Shown in pieces: positions 1 to 13,330 of a stretch of 64,000 nucleotides of DNA (the first letter of the stretch is position 1; the number at the start of each line of letters is the position of its first letter). A program made the translations under genes and the position numbers. The stretch lies in NCBI RefSeq assembly GCF_009914755.1, contig NC_060936.1; one strand, written 5' to 3'. This DNA comes from the human T2T-CHM13v2.0 reference genome, Homo sapiens. The notes beneath the pieces are model-generated. The model was not told the origin of the DNA, did no database searches, and saw only the letters and a list, made by a program, of their open reading frames with translations.

Positions 1-2844
1 GAAGGCCTGCTATAGGCAGGCATGGTGCAATCTGCAGGCCACAGCACCAGGCCCTTGGCTCTGCCTGGGCAGGCTGGCCTGCGCAGAGCCCCCACTCCCA
101 TTCTGGGACAGGACTTGCCAGGAGGGTCGTAGGAGGAGTGCTACGGCCAACCACACACCCCACCCCTCTCTCCATCCACCACCTCTCCTTCCACGAAGCC
201 CAAAAGTGAAGGTCTCTCTGGATCCTGGAACAGGTGGCCCTGGCCCCTGCCCCCCAAGGCCTCATTTCTTCCTTTTATCACCTCTACCATCGAACATCCA
301 GAAAAGTAGTCTCACTGTGACCTTTTCTGTTACCCCAACCTTAGAGAAAGAATCCCGACTCTAGTCAAGCCGCACCCCCAACACTTGTCTCTCAGCCCTG
401 CTGGACATCCATTTCGAGACCAGCCGTGGCTGGAGGCTGCCTTGTGCTTTTTCAACCTCACCGCCACCAGCGTGGCACCGGAGACAAACACAAACAGTAA
501 CACACAGTCAACTCATGCATGCCCTCAGAAACATGCAAACACTCCCTCTCCCCTCACAGGGCACACACTGTCCTGTTATATTAACGTGTCCTTAGACACA
601 CACCCACGATGAAAGAGTCCCACCAGCCTCCACTGTCCTTGTGCACATCGTCACCCCATTTTGGGGACAGAGTCCACAGAGTCCTCCCTTGCCCTACCCC
701 CAACCTCTCCTTTCTTCGCTTCTCCCTCCCCCTCCCGCCCTCCTCCCTGGGCACCCGTTTGCCAGGGTTATTTATAGAAGCAAGCAATAAATTCAGTGTG
801 TTTCTCGGCGCGCAAAGCTATAAATAATGGCACAGATCATTAAACCCCGAGAGCAGGCCCAGCCGCCCCGCAAACAAGATGAAGTACAAACCACCACGTG
901 AGGAGGAGAGAGGGAGGTACAAGGCAGAGCCCCAGACCAAGGGCCAACAGGCCCCAGCCTGTACCTCTCAGCTGGGTCCCAGTGAACTTGGGCCTCCAAG
1001 GGGCCTTCCCCAGGCACCAGGGGAGGGCAGAGGGCAGGGCTGGGCCTGGACTTGCAGGATGCTCAACAGAGTTTGCCCTACCTAATTCCCACACCCCTCC
1101 TCTTGTACTCTTTCCCATCTCCCCAGCCTCTGCTTCTCTCTCCACTTCTCCCACTGTTCTTCCATCTTTGCCTATATTTTCTTCTAATTCTGTTCATCTC
1201 TCCCTTTCTCTCTCCATATTCCCGCCTCTCTCCTTTACCTTTTGCCTTCATCTGTCCCTCTACATCCACCTGTTCTTCTTTCCAGCCCTTCTCTTCCCCT
1301 ACCCCAAATCCCTGGGCCTCAGGAGGGACCCTGATCCCACCAAGGAGCCCTCAGAGGCAGAAAGTCCCCTGTCAGCAGAACTCTGGAGCTGGCTGCTGAT
1401 TCAGTGACTGTAATCTCCCAGGCGGAGGCGGCAGTGGTAGGGGGAGGGGGACAGGAAAGATAAATGAGGAGCATAAGAACAAAATGGCACAGACACTGGG
1501 GACAGGCTCCAGGCTGAGCAAGGTTCTGGGGAGCAGAACCAGAGCCCTGAGCTACAGCCCAATCCCACCACCGCAGGCTGGTCAGTTGAGTGCAGGAAGT
1601 GCTTTCTGGCTACCAGCAAGTGACAGCACCACAGGGGAGAACATGGCAAAGAGAAGGGAGCAGGGGACAGGCAGGGAGTGGCAGGGAGAAGCCACCAAAG
1701 GAGTCAGAGAAAGAGGGGAGGAAGCCAGAGAAGCAAGGAACACTGATAGAACAATGACCCCTCCAGTCCCACTGCACCCCCAGATCCAGTGTGGACCCCT
1801 GCAGTCATATCATATTCCTGAGCCAGGGCCACACATGGAAGGTTTGAGGGTTCCAACCACAGCTTCCACAAGTCTCACTTTTAGGGAGTACCTTTATCCT
1901 TCAGGGTTCTTCCACCCTGACTTTGGCCTACTTTTTGGAGGTTTCACTCAGCCTCCGCTCTAGGTCACCTACATTCTAGGTCTTTCATTCCTTTCCACTG
2001 AGAAGTTCTTAATTCCTGCTTCAGTCTGAGCCTCTCTCAGGAGGACAGAACCTACCTACATCCCACATGTATGGGATGGGTTTCCAGAAAACCACCCAAA
2101 GCTCGGCTCTTGGAAGGGTGATAAAACCCAGTATGGTAGTCAGTTCTCTCCTTCTCTAGTGATGTCAAGCAAAGAGACTTCAAATGGAGTAGCAGGTATA
2201 AGACTGAACATTAACCAGAACCTGCCGGCACTCAGCATCGGGAGATGCCAGGATGGGGCCGTCAAATCCTCTGAAAGTTGAGTGGCAACCCCATGGGCAT
2301 GAACAAGGTGCAGCCTGGCTCTGTGGACAGGGGTGGACAAGAAAGCCCTGGAGCCACTGCCCCTGCCCTCCCCACCCCATGGCCAAAGTGACCATCTGCT
2401 CCTGCTCACTCCCCTGTTGGCAGCTTTGATGCAGAGCTTGGTTATTTGCCCAGGGATTTATAGTAGGAGCCAGGCCAGCAGCTAAATCCCCCAGCCATAG
2501 AGGTAAATCAGCTGCTGCGATGGGCCGGAACGAGGGAGCTGTCGGGCTAGGAGGCTGCACAGCAGAGCTGGAGAGGAAAACACTTGTCCCCACTCCCTGG
2601 GGGCAGCCACCAATAAATCCCCTCAGGCACCGATTAGGGCAAGTGGCCTACCAGATCTTGAGGGCTGTCAGTGCTGGTGGCAGACTTTACACCGCAGCAG
2701 GCAGTGCCCACAGAAATGGGCTTGAGGATGGACCACAAGAACTGCTCAAAGCACCTGGACTAGTAACAAGAGGTGAGGGACCAAAACCTGTTTTCCCAGG
2801 AACTGTGAAGCAGTGTGGCTGTTAGGCCAGGTTCCCTGAAGCCA

Positions 2845-3450
2845 AAGTGCCTGGGCTCAATCCTGGCTCTGCCACTTATTAACTATGTGACCACTGACAT
2901 GTTATTTGACTTCCCTATGCCTCAGTTTCTTCATCTGTAAAATGGGGGTGAGAATAGTAGCTACTTCCCACAGTTACTAAGATGATTAAATAAAATAATA
3001 TGCATAAAGTGCTTAGATTAGTGCCAGGCAATGTATCGTTAGTAGCACTGTCATATAAAATAAAGTCTTGAGACTAGGTTGAATCTGGACTTGTGCAGAG
3101 AAAAGAGAAGGGACCAAATGACCTTTGGAGGAAGCTGGGGGCGCCAAGATGATGTTTAAAGAAAGGAGGAGGGCTATGTTAGTCTCACTGGGAGAGAAAG
3201 TGAGACCAGCTTCTTCCAGGGCTGGAATCGACCCCTGTGGTTAAGAGCACAGGCTCCTTAGGCAAGCAGGCCTGCATTCAAGCCCCAATTCTGATTAACT
3301 GTGAGTTATTCAGCAAGTTATTTAATCTCTCAACTTTCCTCATCTGTAAAATGGGGATAATAATATTCATCTCATAGTATTATTGAGAGAAGTACATGAG
3401 ATCATACACAGATAAGGCGTTTAGTAAGTGTTCATTAAATTTTAGTCTTG
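2845..3450 (-). mobile_element. Two MIR elements (~2845-3050, ~3235-3450)
   Basis: ctctgccactta...gcctcagtttcttcatctgtaaaatgggg...taaagtgctta, twice. Confidence 0.8.
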
Positions 3451-4954
3451 TTACTGCAATTATTTCATCAAGTGAACAAAGGAGGGCTTCACAGTGGGCC
3501 CTGAATCTAGGTGCTAAGTGCCCTGAATCCAAGCAGTATAACTGACAGGAAAGTGCTTTGTCAGAGAGGGAAGGCAAGAGAAGGGGAGGAAGGCAGGAGG
3601 TGAAGCCTGACCCGGGAGGCAGAAGGGGTTAGTAAGAAGAAAGAGACCCAGGAATGCAAGAGCAAGACAGAAACAGGCAGGAAGAGAAAAGATGGGGGAC
3701 TTCCAGCCAGAAAGAGAGTAAAGGGGATGCCACAGAGATGGAGAAGGGAGAACTGGGGAGAGAGACAGAGGGGAACCCACTGGGGCAGAAATGGATGGCA
3801 GAGAAGGGGGGCACACGAGGGAGATGGGGATGGGGGAAACAAAGGTATAAATGAGCAGAGCCTCAGAGCAGAAGTCAGGGAAACGGAAGGGGAAGACTGG
3901 AGTCCAGGTGGCTGCAGGGAGTACTGAGGGGCAAAGTAAATGAGGGGCAGTGGCCAGGAGAAAAAAAAGAAGGAAAGAGACTGGAGCACCAGCTGAGAGA
4001 CAAAGGAGGGAGAGCCCTGTCTGGAAAAACAGCAAGCCAGAGCCAGCACAGCTCGTTATGCAAACATGATTCCAGGCGCGCTCCGCTGCCCCCTCCCCAG
4101 CTTTCATTTTCAGCTTGGCTTCCCCCTGGCCTCCCTCCTGCGCCCCTCCTGCCAGCCTCTACTTTCTCTCCACTGAGCCTGAGGGCATACAAGCCAGCGG
4201 GGGAGGGGGAGGGGCTTGGACTCTGTTCACCAGGGGGTGAGGAGGGGAGGAAGGAAACAGTCCCCAAAGCAGAACAGAACCCAGGGGTCCACACCTCCTT
4301 CTGGCAGCTCCCCCTTCATCCGCATGAAGACAGGACAGTGGCTGAAAGAAGTGCAAGAGTGGAATAATAATAGTAGCAGTGAAAACATGAGCATTTTGCA
4401 GCCTGCAAAGTGTTTTACATGCCCCGGTCTCATAACAACCCTTGTGACGGAGGCAGTATTACCCTGTTTATTATCATCAAACAATTATATCATTCTGCTA
4501 AGAATGTCACATGTATTAACTGTCTTGCTCCTGACAACAACCCTATTATTCCCGTTTTACAGATGACAAGCTGAGGCCTACGATGGTAAGTACCTTCCAT
4601 CCTACACCCCTCCCTCTTTGTTCCTCTGATCTCTCCTCCTGTCTTCCCTTGCCAAGCTCTTTCTATTCTCTCATCTTCTCATGTCCTCCCTTAATTCCCT
4701 TTCCAATCATGCTGCCTCAATAAACTTCAAGTTAGCTTTCTGTTCACTCTCATGGCAACCCCTCCAACCACCAGCAGGACCTGGTGTGACTGCACATGAT
4801 CAGCAGACCCTTCGTTTTGGGGCCAGTTGTCAGGTAGCAACCCCTGAAAAAATCATACAGCAGCTGAAGTGAAATACAACAATGTCTTCAGAGCACTTTT
4901 ACCCACATTCCTTCTAAAAAGATCTGAGATGGCCTACCGTATAAGACACAGATC

Positions 4955-5262
4955 GCCAGGTGTAGTGGCCCATGTCTGTAATTCCAACATTTAGGGAGGC
5001 CAAGGCAAGAGGATAGCTTCAGCCCAGGAGTTCCAGACCAGCCTAGGGAATATAGTGAGACACCATCTTTACAAAAAGTTTAAAAATTAGCCAGGCATGC
5101 TGATGCAGGACTATAATCACAGCTACTAGGGAAACTAAAGTGGGAAGACCCCTTGAGCCCAGGAGTTTGAGGCTGCAGTGAGCTATGATCATGCCACTAC
5201 ACTGTAGCCTGGGCAACAGAGTAAGACACTGTTTGTAAATAAATAAATAAATAAAATTAAAA
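4955..5262 (+). mobile_element. Alu (AluJ-like)
   Basis: Diverged dimeric Alu with a (TAAA)n tail. Confidence 0.9.
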
Positions 5263-5644
5263 AGACAGATATAACAGAACCATCGAAACACCCATGAAAG
5301 AACAAGAACAGATAAAGAAGTGAGGATTTTAAAATGTCCTGGGAAAAGAAACCCAAGAATGGACAGTTACTGCAGAGGAACCCAAAACTTAGCCCTCAGC
5401 TTCCTAGATGAAACCAGGTAGTAGCTTAAAAGCCTCTTCGCCTACACCAGAAATAAACTGAGCACCTACTATTAGTCATGCATCAAAGACATGATCAACA
5501 TTGAGGACCTGGAATTTTCTATTCACTCTACAAGTGTGAGAAGATTTTGCCTGAAATGTCCTGGTCACATTTGCCACAGAACATTTGAAAGGACTCTGAG
5601 CTAAAAGAGCTTCAGAGCAGTGAGGAATATAAAAGTTGGAGCCC

Positions 5645-6041
<397 letters not shown>

Positions 6042-7904
6042 TCAGTGATAGCCCTGTCCCCAAGCCCTTTCAGCCCCCTTCCCACTCCTAAATTGCCATT
6101 TGGGACTAAGTCCCTGCCAGCCAGTCTTGGTCTAGCCCTCCGTGTGATGCTGTGAGGGCTGCTCCTGGCTTCTCCTGCTTGTTAGCACATCAGCATGAGG
6201 ATCATCAGGCACTGTAATAAATCAAATGAAAATAATCTCCCACACTCTCCCACAGAAACAAAATCTGCCCTCTCTGTTGACATAATTTCTGGCCTGCTGG
6301 AGGAATGAGTACAAGAGAGTGACCTCAGGCACAGGGGACAGGAGACACACAGGGAGGAAAGAGATGGATCCTTGTCAGGGAAAACCCCAGACTTGCAAGC
6401 CAGACTCCTCCCACAAATAATCACAAAATGCTGCCCCTTCCCAGCAGCCAGCCAAAAAATAGTCTCCACCCTCACACGCCTGTGTGTGAAATGCATAGGT
6501 ATTAAACTTAAGTTAGTTCTTAGGAAGGCTGACACCCAGTCTGGCAAGCGCTGGAGATATCTAAGCAGGAAAAGCCTCCAAGCATCTGGCATTGGCAATA
6601 TGTCCTAGGGCCCCCGCTCCAAGGTCAGGAGACACTGGAATTGCCTGGAGGGTGGGGGATTGAGTGGTGGGTGGAAATCAAACTGACGGACATTCCTAGA
6701 CAGCTGGGTCCCAGTGTTCACCAGCATGGACCAGTAATGATGTTACTAGCTCACCCACCATGAAAAATGGCCTCCTTATTTTCCCCTTCCTCTCCCTTGC
6801 CTGAGGCATAGTTTGTTATCAGGGGCTTCTAGTCTAAAACAAAACAAAAGAAAACCCTGGAGTTAGGACAGAAGCTCATAAAATTTTCCACTGAACAAAA
6901 TTACTCTAGCTCTTTCCCAGAGGGAAAACAAAAAACAAACAAACAGGAAAACCTCACTCCAGCTCCCCCACAACCCAGGGACCACTCTTTCAATTTCAAA
7001 GCCTGACCAAGCCTCCAGGGAGTACAGACAGACCGACAAGAAGGGTCCCACCCAATAAGCAGGTAAATCAGTAGATGGCAAAGCCTTCCCCAGAAGCACC
7101 TCTCCCAGATACACGTCTCTCCTCATGGAACTCCAGTCCATGGTGCCCTAATGCATTCAGAAAAAAACTGCATTCACACCAAAGTACTGATTCCTCAAAT
7201 AGGCATGCAAAGCCCTCCTTAATGCAGAACCACACTGAACTCCTACAGCTTTTCCTCCTACATCCTTCCTCCTCACCCCAGCTACTGGTCCCTTTATCGT
7301 TCAAGGAATATGCCCTGAACTATCCTGCTTCCAGCCCATTTTGCCTGGAATGACCTCTCCACCACTTTCCAAGGCCCCCATATGCTTATCAAAGCTCTCT
7401 CCATCCTCCTCTAAAGCCAGATTTAAATCCCAACTTCTTTTATTCATGCAAGATGTCTGCCTCCACTAGACAGGCCTCCTGTTCACCTGTGTGCTGACAG
7501 GTAGTCTGGATAATGTTCATGGAATTGAATGAAAACTCCAAACCTGTTCTCTGCCAAGTTTTCTTTTCTGTGACCCGTGGGGTTCATCAGGAGTAAGGAG
7601 GCCAATCAGGGACATGGAGATGTCAGTTATCTCCAGAGCCCCACCTCCCCAAGTCAGGGGTGAGGTCTTTGAGAGAGATGCTGTTGTGAGAGATGCTGCA
7701 GGTGCTTCTAGGCTTCCTGAGACCACTGACCTGGGTACCTCTCAGGGGCTTTAAAGGCCTTTAAACTAGTGACCTTGGACCTCCTCTTTCTTTGGTTCCT
7801 CTCTCCCTATTTCTCAGTCTCCCTCAATCTTCATCATTCTCTTTTTCAGATTTAGGCTGAGGATACCATCTGCCTGAGAGAACCCTCCTCTTGGAGTCTT
7901 GCTC

Positions 7905-8070
7905 CTCAAAATGTGACTTCAGAGCCAGCAGCATTGGCATCCCTGGAAGCGTGGTACCAATGCATTCTTGGACCTCAACTCAGACCTATTCAATCCAACT
8001 CTCCAGTTTAGCAAGATCCCCAGGTGATTTTTATGTACATTAAAGTTTGAAAGCAATACTCTAAAGAACC
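7905..8070. mobile_element. MER5A-like DNA transposon
   Basis: cagcagcattggcatc...cagacctattcaatc...caagatccccaggtgatt...acattaaagtttgaaagca. Confidence 0.75.
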
Positions 8071-9476
8071 AGAAATGCCAGACCAGGGTCCAACAGGGAA
8101 ACTGAATGCCTAAGACATTCATTCATTCATTTACCCATTCAATAAATACTTAATAAGCATCTACTGGGTGCACAGAGTTGTGCTAGGCATTGGGGATAAA
8201 ATGGTGAATGACTCAGATTAGGTGTGCAGACTGCAGAGGAGATGAATGTTCCCTACCTGGCCTGTTTCAGCCCACCTCCCAGAGTTGGGGGGAGGGGCTT
8301 GAGTTGGGAACAGGGGTACATTTGACTGAAGAATCTCTCAAGACCCCAAAGCTGATGAGGGATGCTTTCCTCTCCCCAATCCAAAGACAGAGAATCAGTC
8401 AGTGAAAGCCAGAAGGGAAGGAAGAGTGAGAGCAAGGAAGAATGCTGAACAGAAGGAACCAGGGAAGATGGAAATGAGAAAAAGGGAGTCTAAGACAGTC
8501 CCCGAAAATACTTCCTGCCATTTCAGAAGCATACTCAACCATGCTCAGCTCACTGACTTCCTCTAGGCTAGCACAATGGCCCCCACCCCAACTCCCAGTC
8601 AGATTGCCTCCCATGAGAGGGAAGCACCCTCCACCCCAGGGTCTGAGAGGGGAGAAGACAGGTCACATCTGGGGGGAAATGACCAAAAGGCAGACAGATT
8701 GGTTTGAAGGACACAGGAATAGCAAGAAACACACAGCCCTAAGAGACAGTGCTGAGGGCTTCAGAGGAACATGACTGCTGTGTGGAGAATGGACTGTAGG
8801 GGGACACGCAGGGGAGACCAGTTAGGGGGCTGTCATGGTCAGCAGCAGAGGCAAGATAAACAGTGCATGGCTAGGACTGTACCAGTGGAGATTGTGAGAT
8901 GATGTGTCAGAGTTGGGATATATTTGGATGATAAGGTCAATAGAACTTGCATATGAATGAGGGATGGGGAAGAGAGGAAAAGAGGATACTGACTCTCAGG
9001 TTTGGGGCCTGAGCTACTTGGTAGGTTAGGGCAATAAAAGGTGATCTGTCTGTCAGCAGTGGGTCAGGCTTAAAAAAAAAAAAAAGTGATCTGGGGAGGG
9101 GTTCTGGAAGAATGAGTCAGGGTAAGGAAAAACCTAGGGCAGAGAATGGGAAAGAGGAGAGTCCATGTTGAGAAGTCATAAGAAAGGAAAGCAGAGATAG
9201 AGGAAAATGATGAGAAAATCATTCAAGAATCCTTAGTTCAAGTTTCTTGAGGGCAAAAATTGCATCTTCTGTTTCCACTGGGCACCTTAGAGTCCTCCAC
9301 TGCTATTCTGCATGCTGTGAGTAAAATCAGGTACTCAGTAAAATCAGGTAATAGTACATCTGTGGCTTGTTGAGAGCTGATTCAAAAGGCAGGGTGGGCT
9401 GATATAAACAGCACTCAGCTATGTTTAGGGCCCTGGCCACCTAATGGCAGGGCGACATTAGAGAAGCTCACTGTTG

Positions 9477-9783
<307 letters not shown>

Positions 9784-10150
9784 GAGAAGCTCACTGTTTC
9801 TCAGTTTCCCTAGCGGCAAAGCAGTAAAGGTGAACTAAGAGTTTCAGGTCCCATCTAGCCGCAGCTCTCTTTCCCTAGCTCTGGGACCATAATGCTGAGC
9901 TTCAGGAGTCCCTGTAGGTTCTTGAGCAAGCATGGCATGAAGTGGTCAGTGTGGCTGTTGTGTGGTGTTTGGAGGGGAATGAAGCAGTGGCCCAGAGAGT
10001 GGACTGGGACCATCTAGATATGGGCCAATGAGGGCCTGGCCACCAGGGCAGCTGGGAATGAAAAAGAATGATCAAGCCAAGAGCCCCGCACCTCTTCCCT
10101 AAAGCCTCCTCCCTGAGATGTCTCAGCATTTTTTTTTTGTACCTCCACAA

Positions 10151-10859
<709 letters not shown>

Positions 10860-10969
10860 ACCTTCACTTTCTATCAGCTTTCACTCTTTAGGGGATCTCA
10901 TCCAGTGTCACTGATTACTCCCAAATTTCTATCTCCAGTCTGGACTTCACCATTAAACTATAGACTTGT

Positions 10970-11290
<321 letters not shown>

Positions 11291-11585
11291 TTACCTGCTA
11301 GCCTCCTCTACCTGGATGCTTAACAGGTATCTCAAAGCTAACATGTCCACAACTAATACTACTCCCAAAACCAGCTCCTCCTGTGGTATTTCCCCATATC
11401 AGTTGATGGCAAATCCATTGCTGTGGTCACTCGGGCCAAAAAATCTTGGTCTTATCCTCTACTCCTCTTTCTTTCATACGCTCTCACTAATCCCTTGGCT
11501 CTCCCTGCAAAATGTATCAAAAATTTGACCACTCCTCATCACCTCTGCTGCCATCTCCCTGGTCCTGGCCCTCATCCCCTCTTAC

Positions 11586-11670
11586 CTGATACTGCAATCA
11601 GCTCCTGACTGGTCTCCCTGCTTCTGCCCTTGTTTTCTCAATCTGTTCTCAATACAGCAGCAAGAATTTT
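11586..11670 (-). other. Candidate distal SMUG1 read-through exon exonised from L2
   Basis: 85-nt segment bounded by the acceptor ccttgtctttttacag and the donor CAG|GTAAG, on the same strand as SMUG1. Phase-0 reading gives KILAAVLRTD*. Confidence 0.55.
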
Positions 11671-12939
11671 CTGTAAAAAGACAAGGCAGATCATGTCACT
11701 CCCTTGCTTGAAACCCTGCAGTGACTTCCCATGTTACTCGGAGTGTGAGTTTTACTGTAACTTATTAGTTTCTACGTGATGTGGCTCCCCATCACCTCTT
11801 AGATCTCATCACTTATTCTCTTCCCTGATTTTCTCTGCTTCAGCCATATCAGCCTCATTGCTGTTCTTCCAACACACCAGACATGCTCACATGAGGGCTT
11901 TTGCCCTCGCTGTTCTCTTAGCCGGGAAACTCTTACCCGGAAATCTGTATGCCACGTAGCATCTGCTAAACTGCAGCTCCATATGTTGGGGCGCCTGAGC
12001 AGGGATAAGAAAGGGAGTGAACTGAAGAGGAAACAATGGAGTCAGGTCCCGCACAAGAAACAAAATGCCCGCCTTGCTTCCTCTGTCTTCCTCAGGTACC
12101 TGGCTTCAGGAGCTCAGGTGGGGGGTCTCCTGCGGGGCAGGGGGGACTTGCCCCATTCTAGTTCTTCAGAAAATACCCATCTGCATCCTAACCTCAAAAG
12201 ATCCTGAAGCCCTGAAGGAATCACATCTCTCTGGTGCTCCTGCAGACCTCCCAAAAAGGAACCACTCCCCTGACCCCGAATGTGGTGGTCCTCCCTGCTC
12301 TGCTCCTAAAGGATGTAGGGAAGAATGGGTCTCTTCCAGTCATCCACTCACCACATATGTATTCCTCCCGTCTCCCGCTGGGCCTAGGCCCAGCCAGGGT
12401 AAGCCCACCACCTGCTCCCACTCTTCTTAACTTAGCTTCCCTTCCTTTCCTCCTCGGCCCTTTCTAGCTGTTCCCAGTCTGCAGGCCTTCCCCACGGGCA
12501 CACAGGTGGAGAAAGGCTGAGGACTCAGCGGACAGCCTGGTGTGGTGGGGTCTCTAAGTCATGGGGAGAAGGCAAGGCGGCTTGAAGGGAAGGGTTTGAA
12601 GGTGGAAGGATGCAGAAGGCCAGAGAAGAAGACGGGAGCAAAGACAGCCAGAAGCTGTGATGATACGGTGATACAGAGAGAAGTGGAGGCAGCATCGGCC
12701 AGAACAAGGGGTCAAAGTCAGAGGCAGAAACAGCAGCGAGAAAAGCAAAAGCTGACAGATGGCAGAAGCCACAGACAGGCAGCGCAAGGGAGAGGCAGAC
12801 ACCCAGCGAGAGAGCAAACGGGAGAGGCATCGTGAGACGCGGGAGCAGCTGGAGAGGGAGGTTAGGGCGAGGTGCATGCAACCCAAGAGATGGAGAAACA
12901 GAGACCAGAGCGAGAGACACGCACGCGGACAGACCAGAA

Positions 12940-13330
12940 GGCTGCAGAGAGGGCGAGGGAGAAAAAAGTGTCGAGGCGGGGAGTGGCGGGAAGCGGCCGG
13001 GAGCGGGGCGGGCGCAGCAGAGCGGGCGCGGCGCCGGGAGCTGGCTCGTAAAAGCCGCGTCGAGCGGGGAAATTACCGCCAGAATCGCTGAGCTCCACAA
13101 AACGCCGCCCGCGCGGCCCGCCGCCGAGCCCGCTCCAATCTCCAGCCTCATCGCCGCGCGGGCTGGTTATGCATTTAAATGTTATTTAATTGGATTGCGG
13201 AGGAGCTGGGGGCCAGAGCGGCCGCCCGCCCCCGCCCCGCACGCTCCGCACGCCCGGGCTGCTCGCCTCCTCTGCAAATCTGTTTTCCAAGTCACAGATT
13301 GCAGCACGCCCCCTCCCAAAACGCTCCCCC
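12940..13330. promoter_or_regulatory. Orphan CpG island with HOX13-type and homeodomain sites
   Basis: Dense CpG and GC boxes (GGGGCGGG, CCCGCCCC), CTCGTAAAA at 13045-13053, and an AT-rich core at 13167-13197. Confidence 0.75.

Noticed and set aside
3514-4294. Long hydrophobic L/S/P/F-rich ORFs (also 898-1407 and 39246-40002)
   Set aside because: A by-product of polypurine/polypyrimidine skew, not transmembrane proteins.
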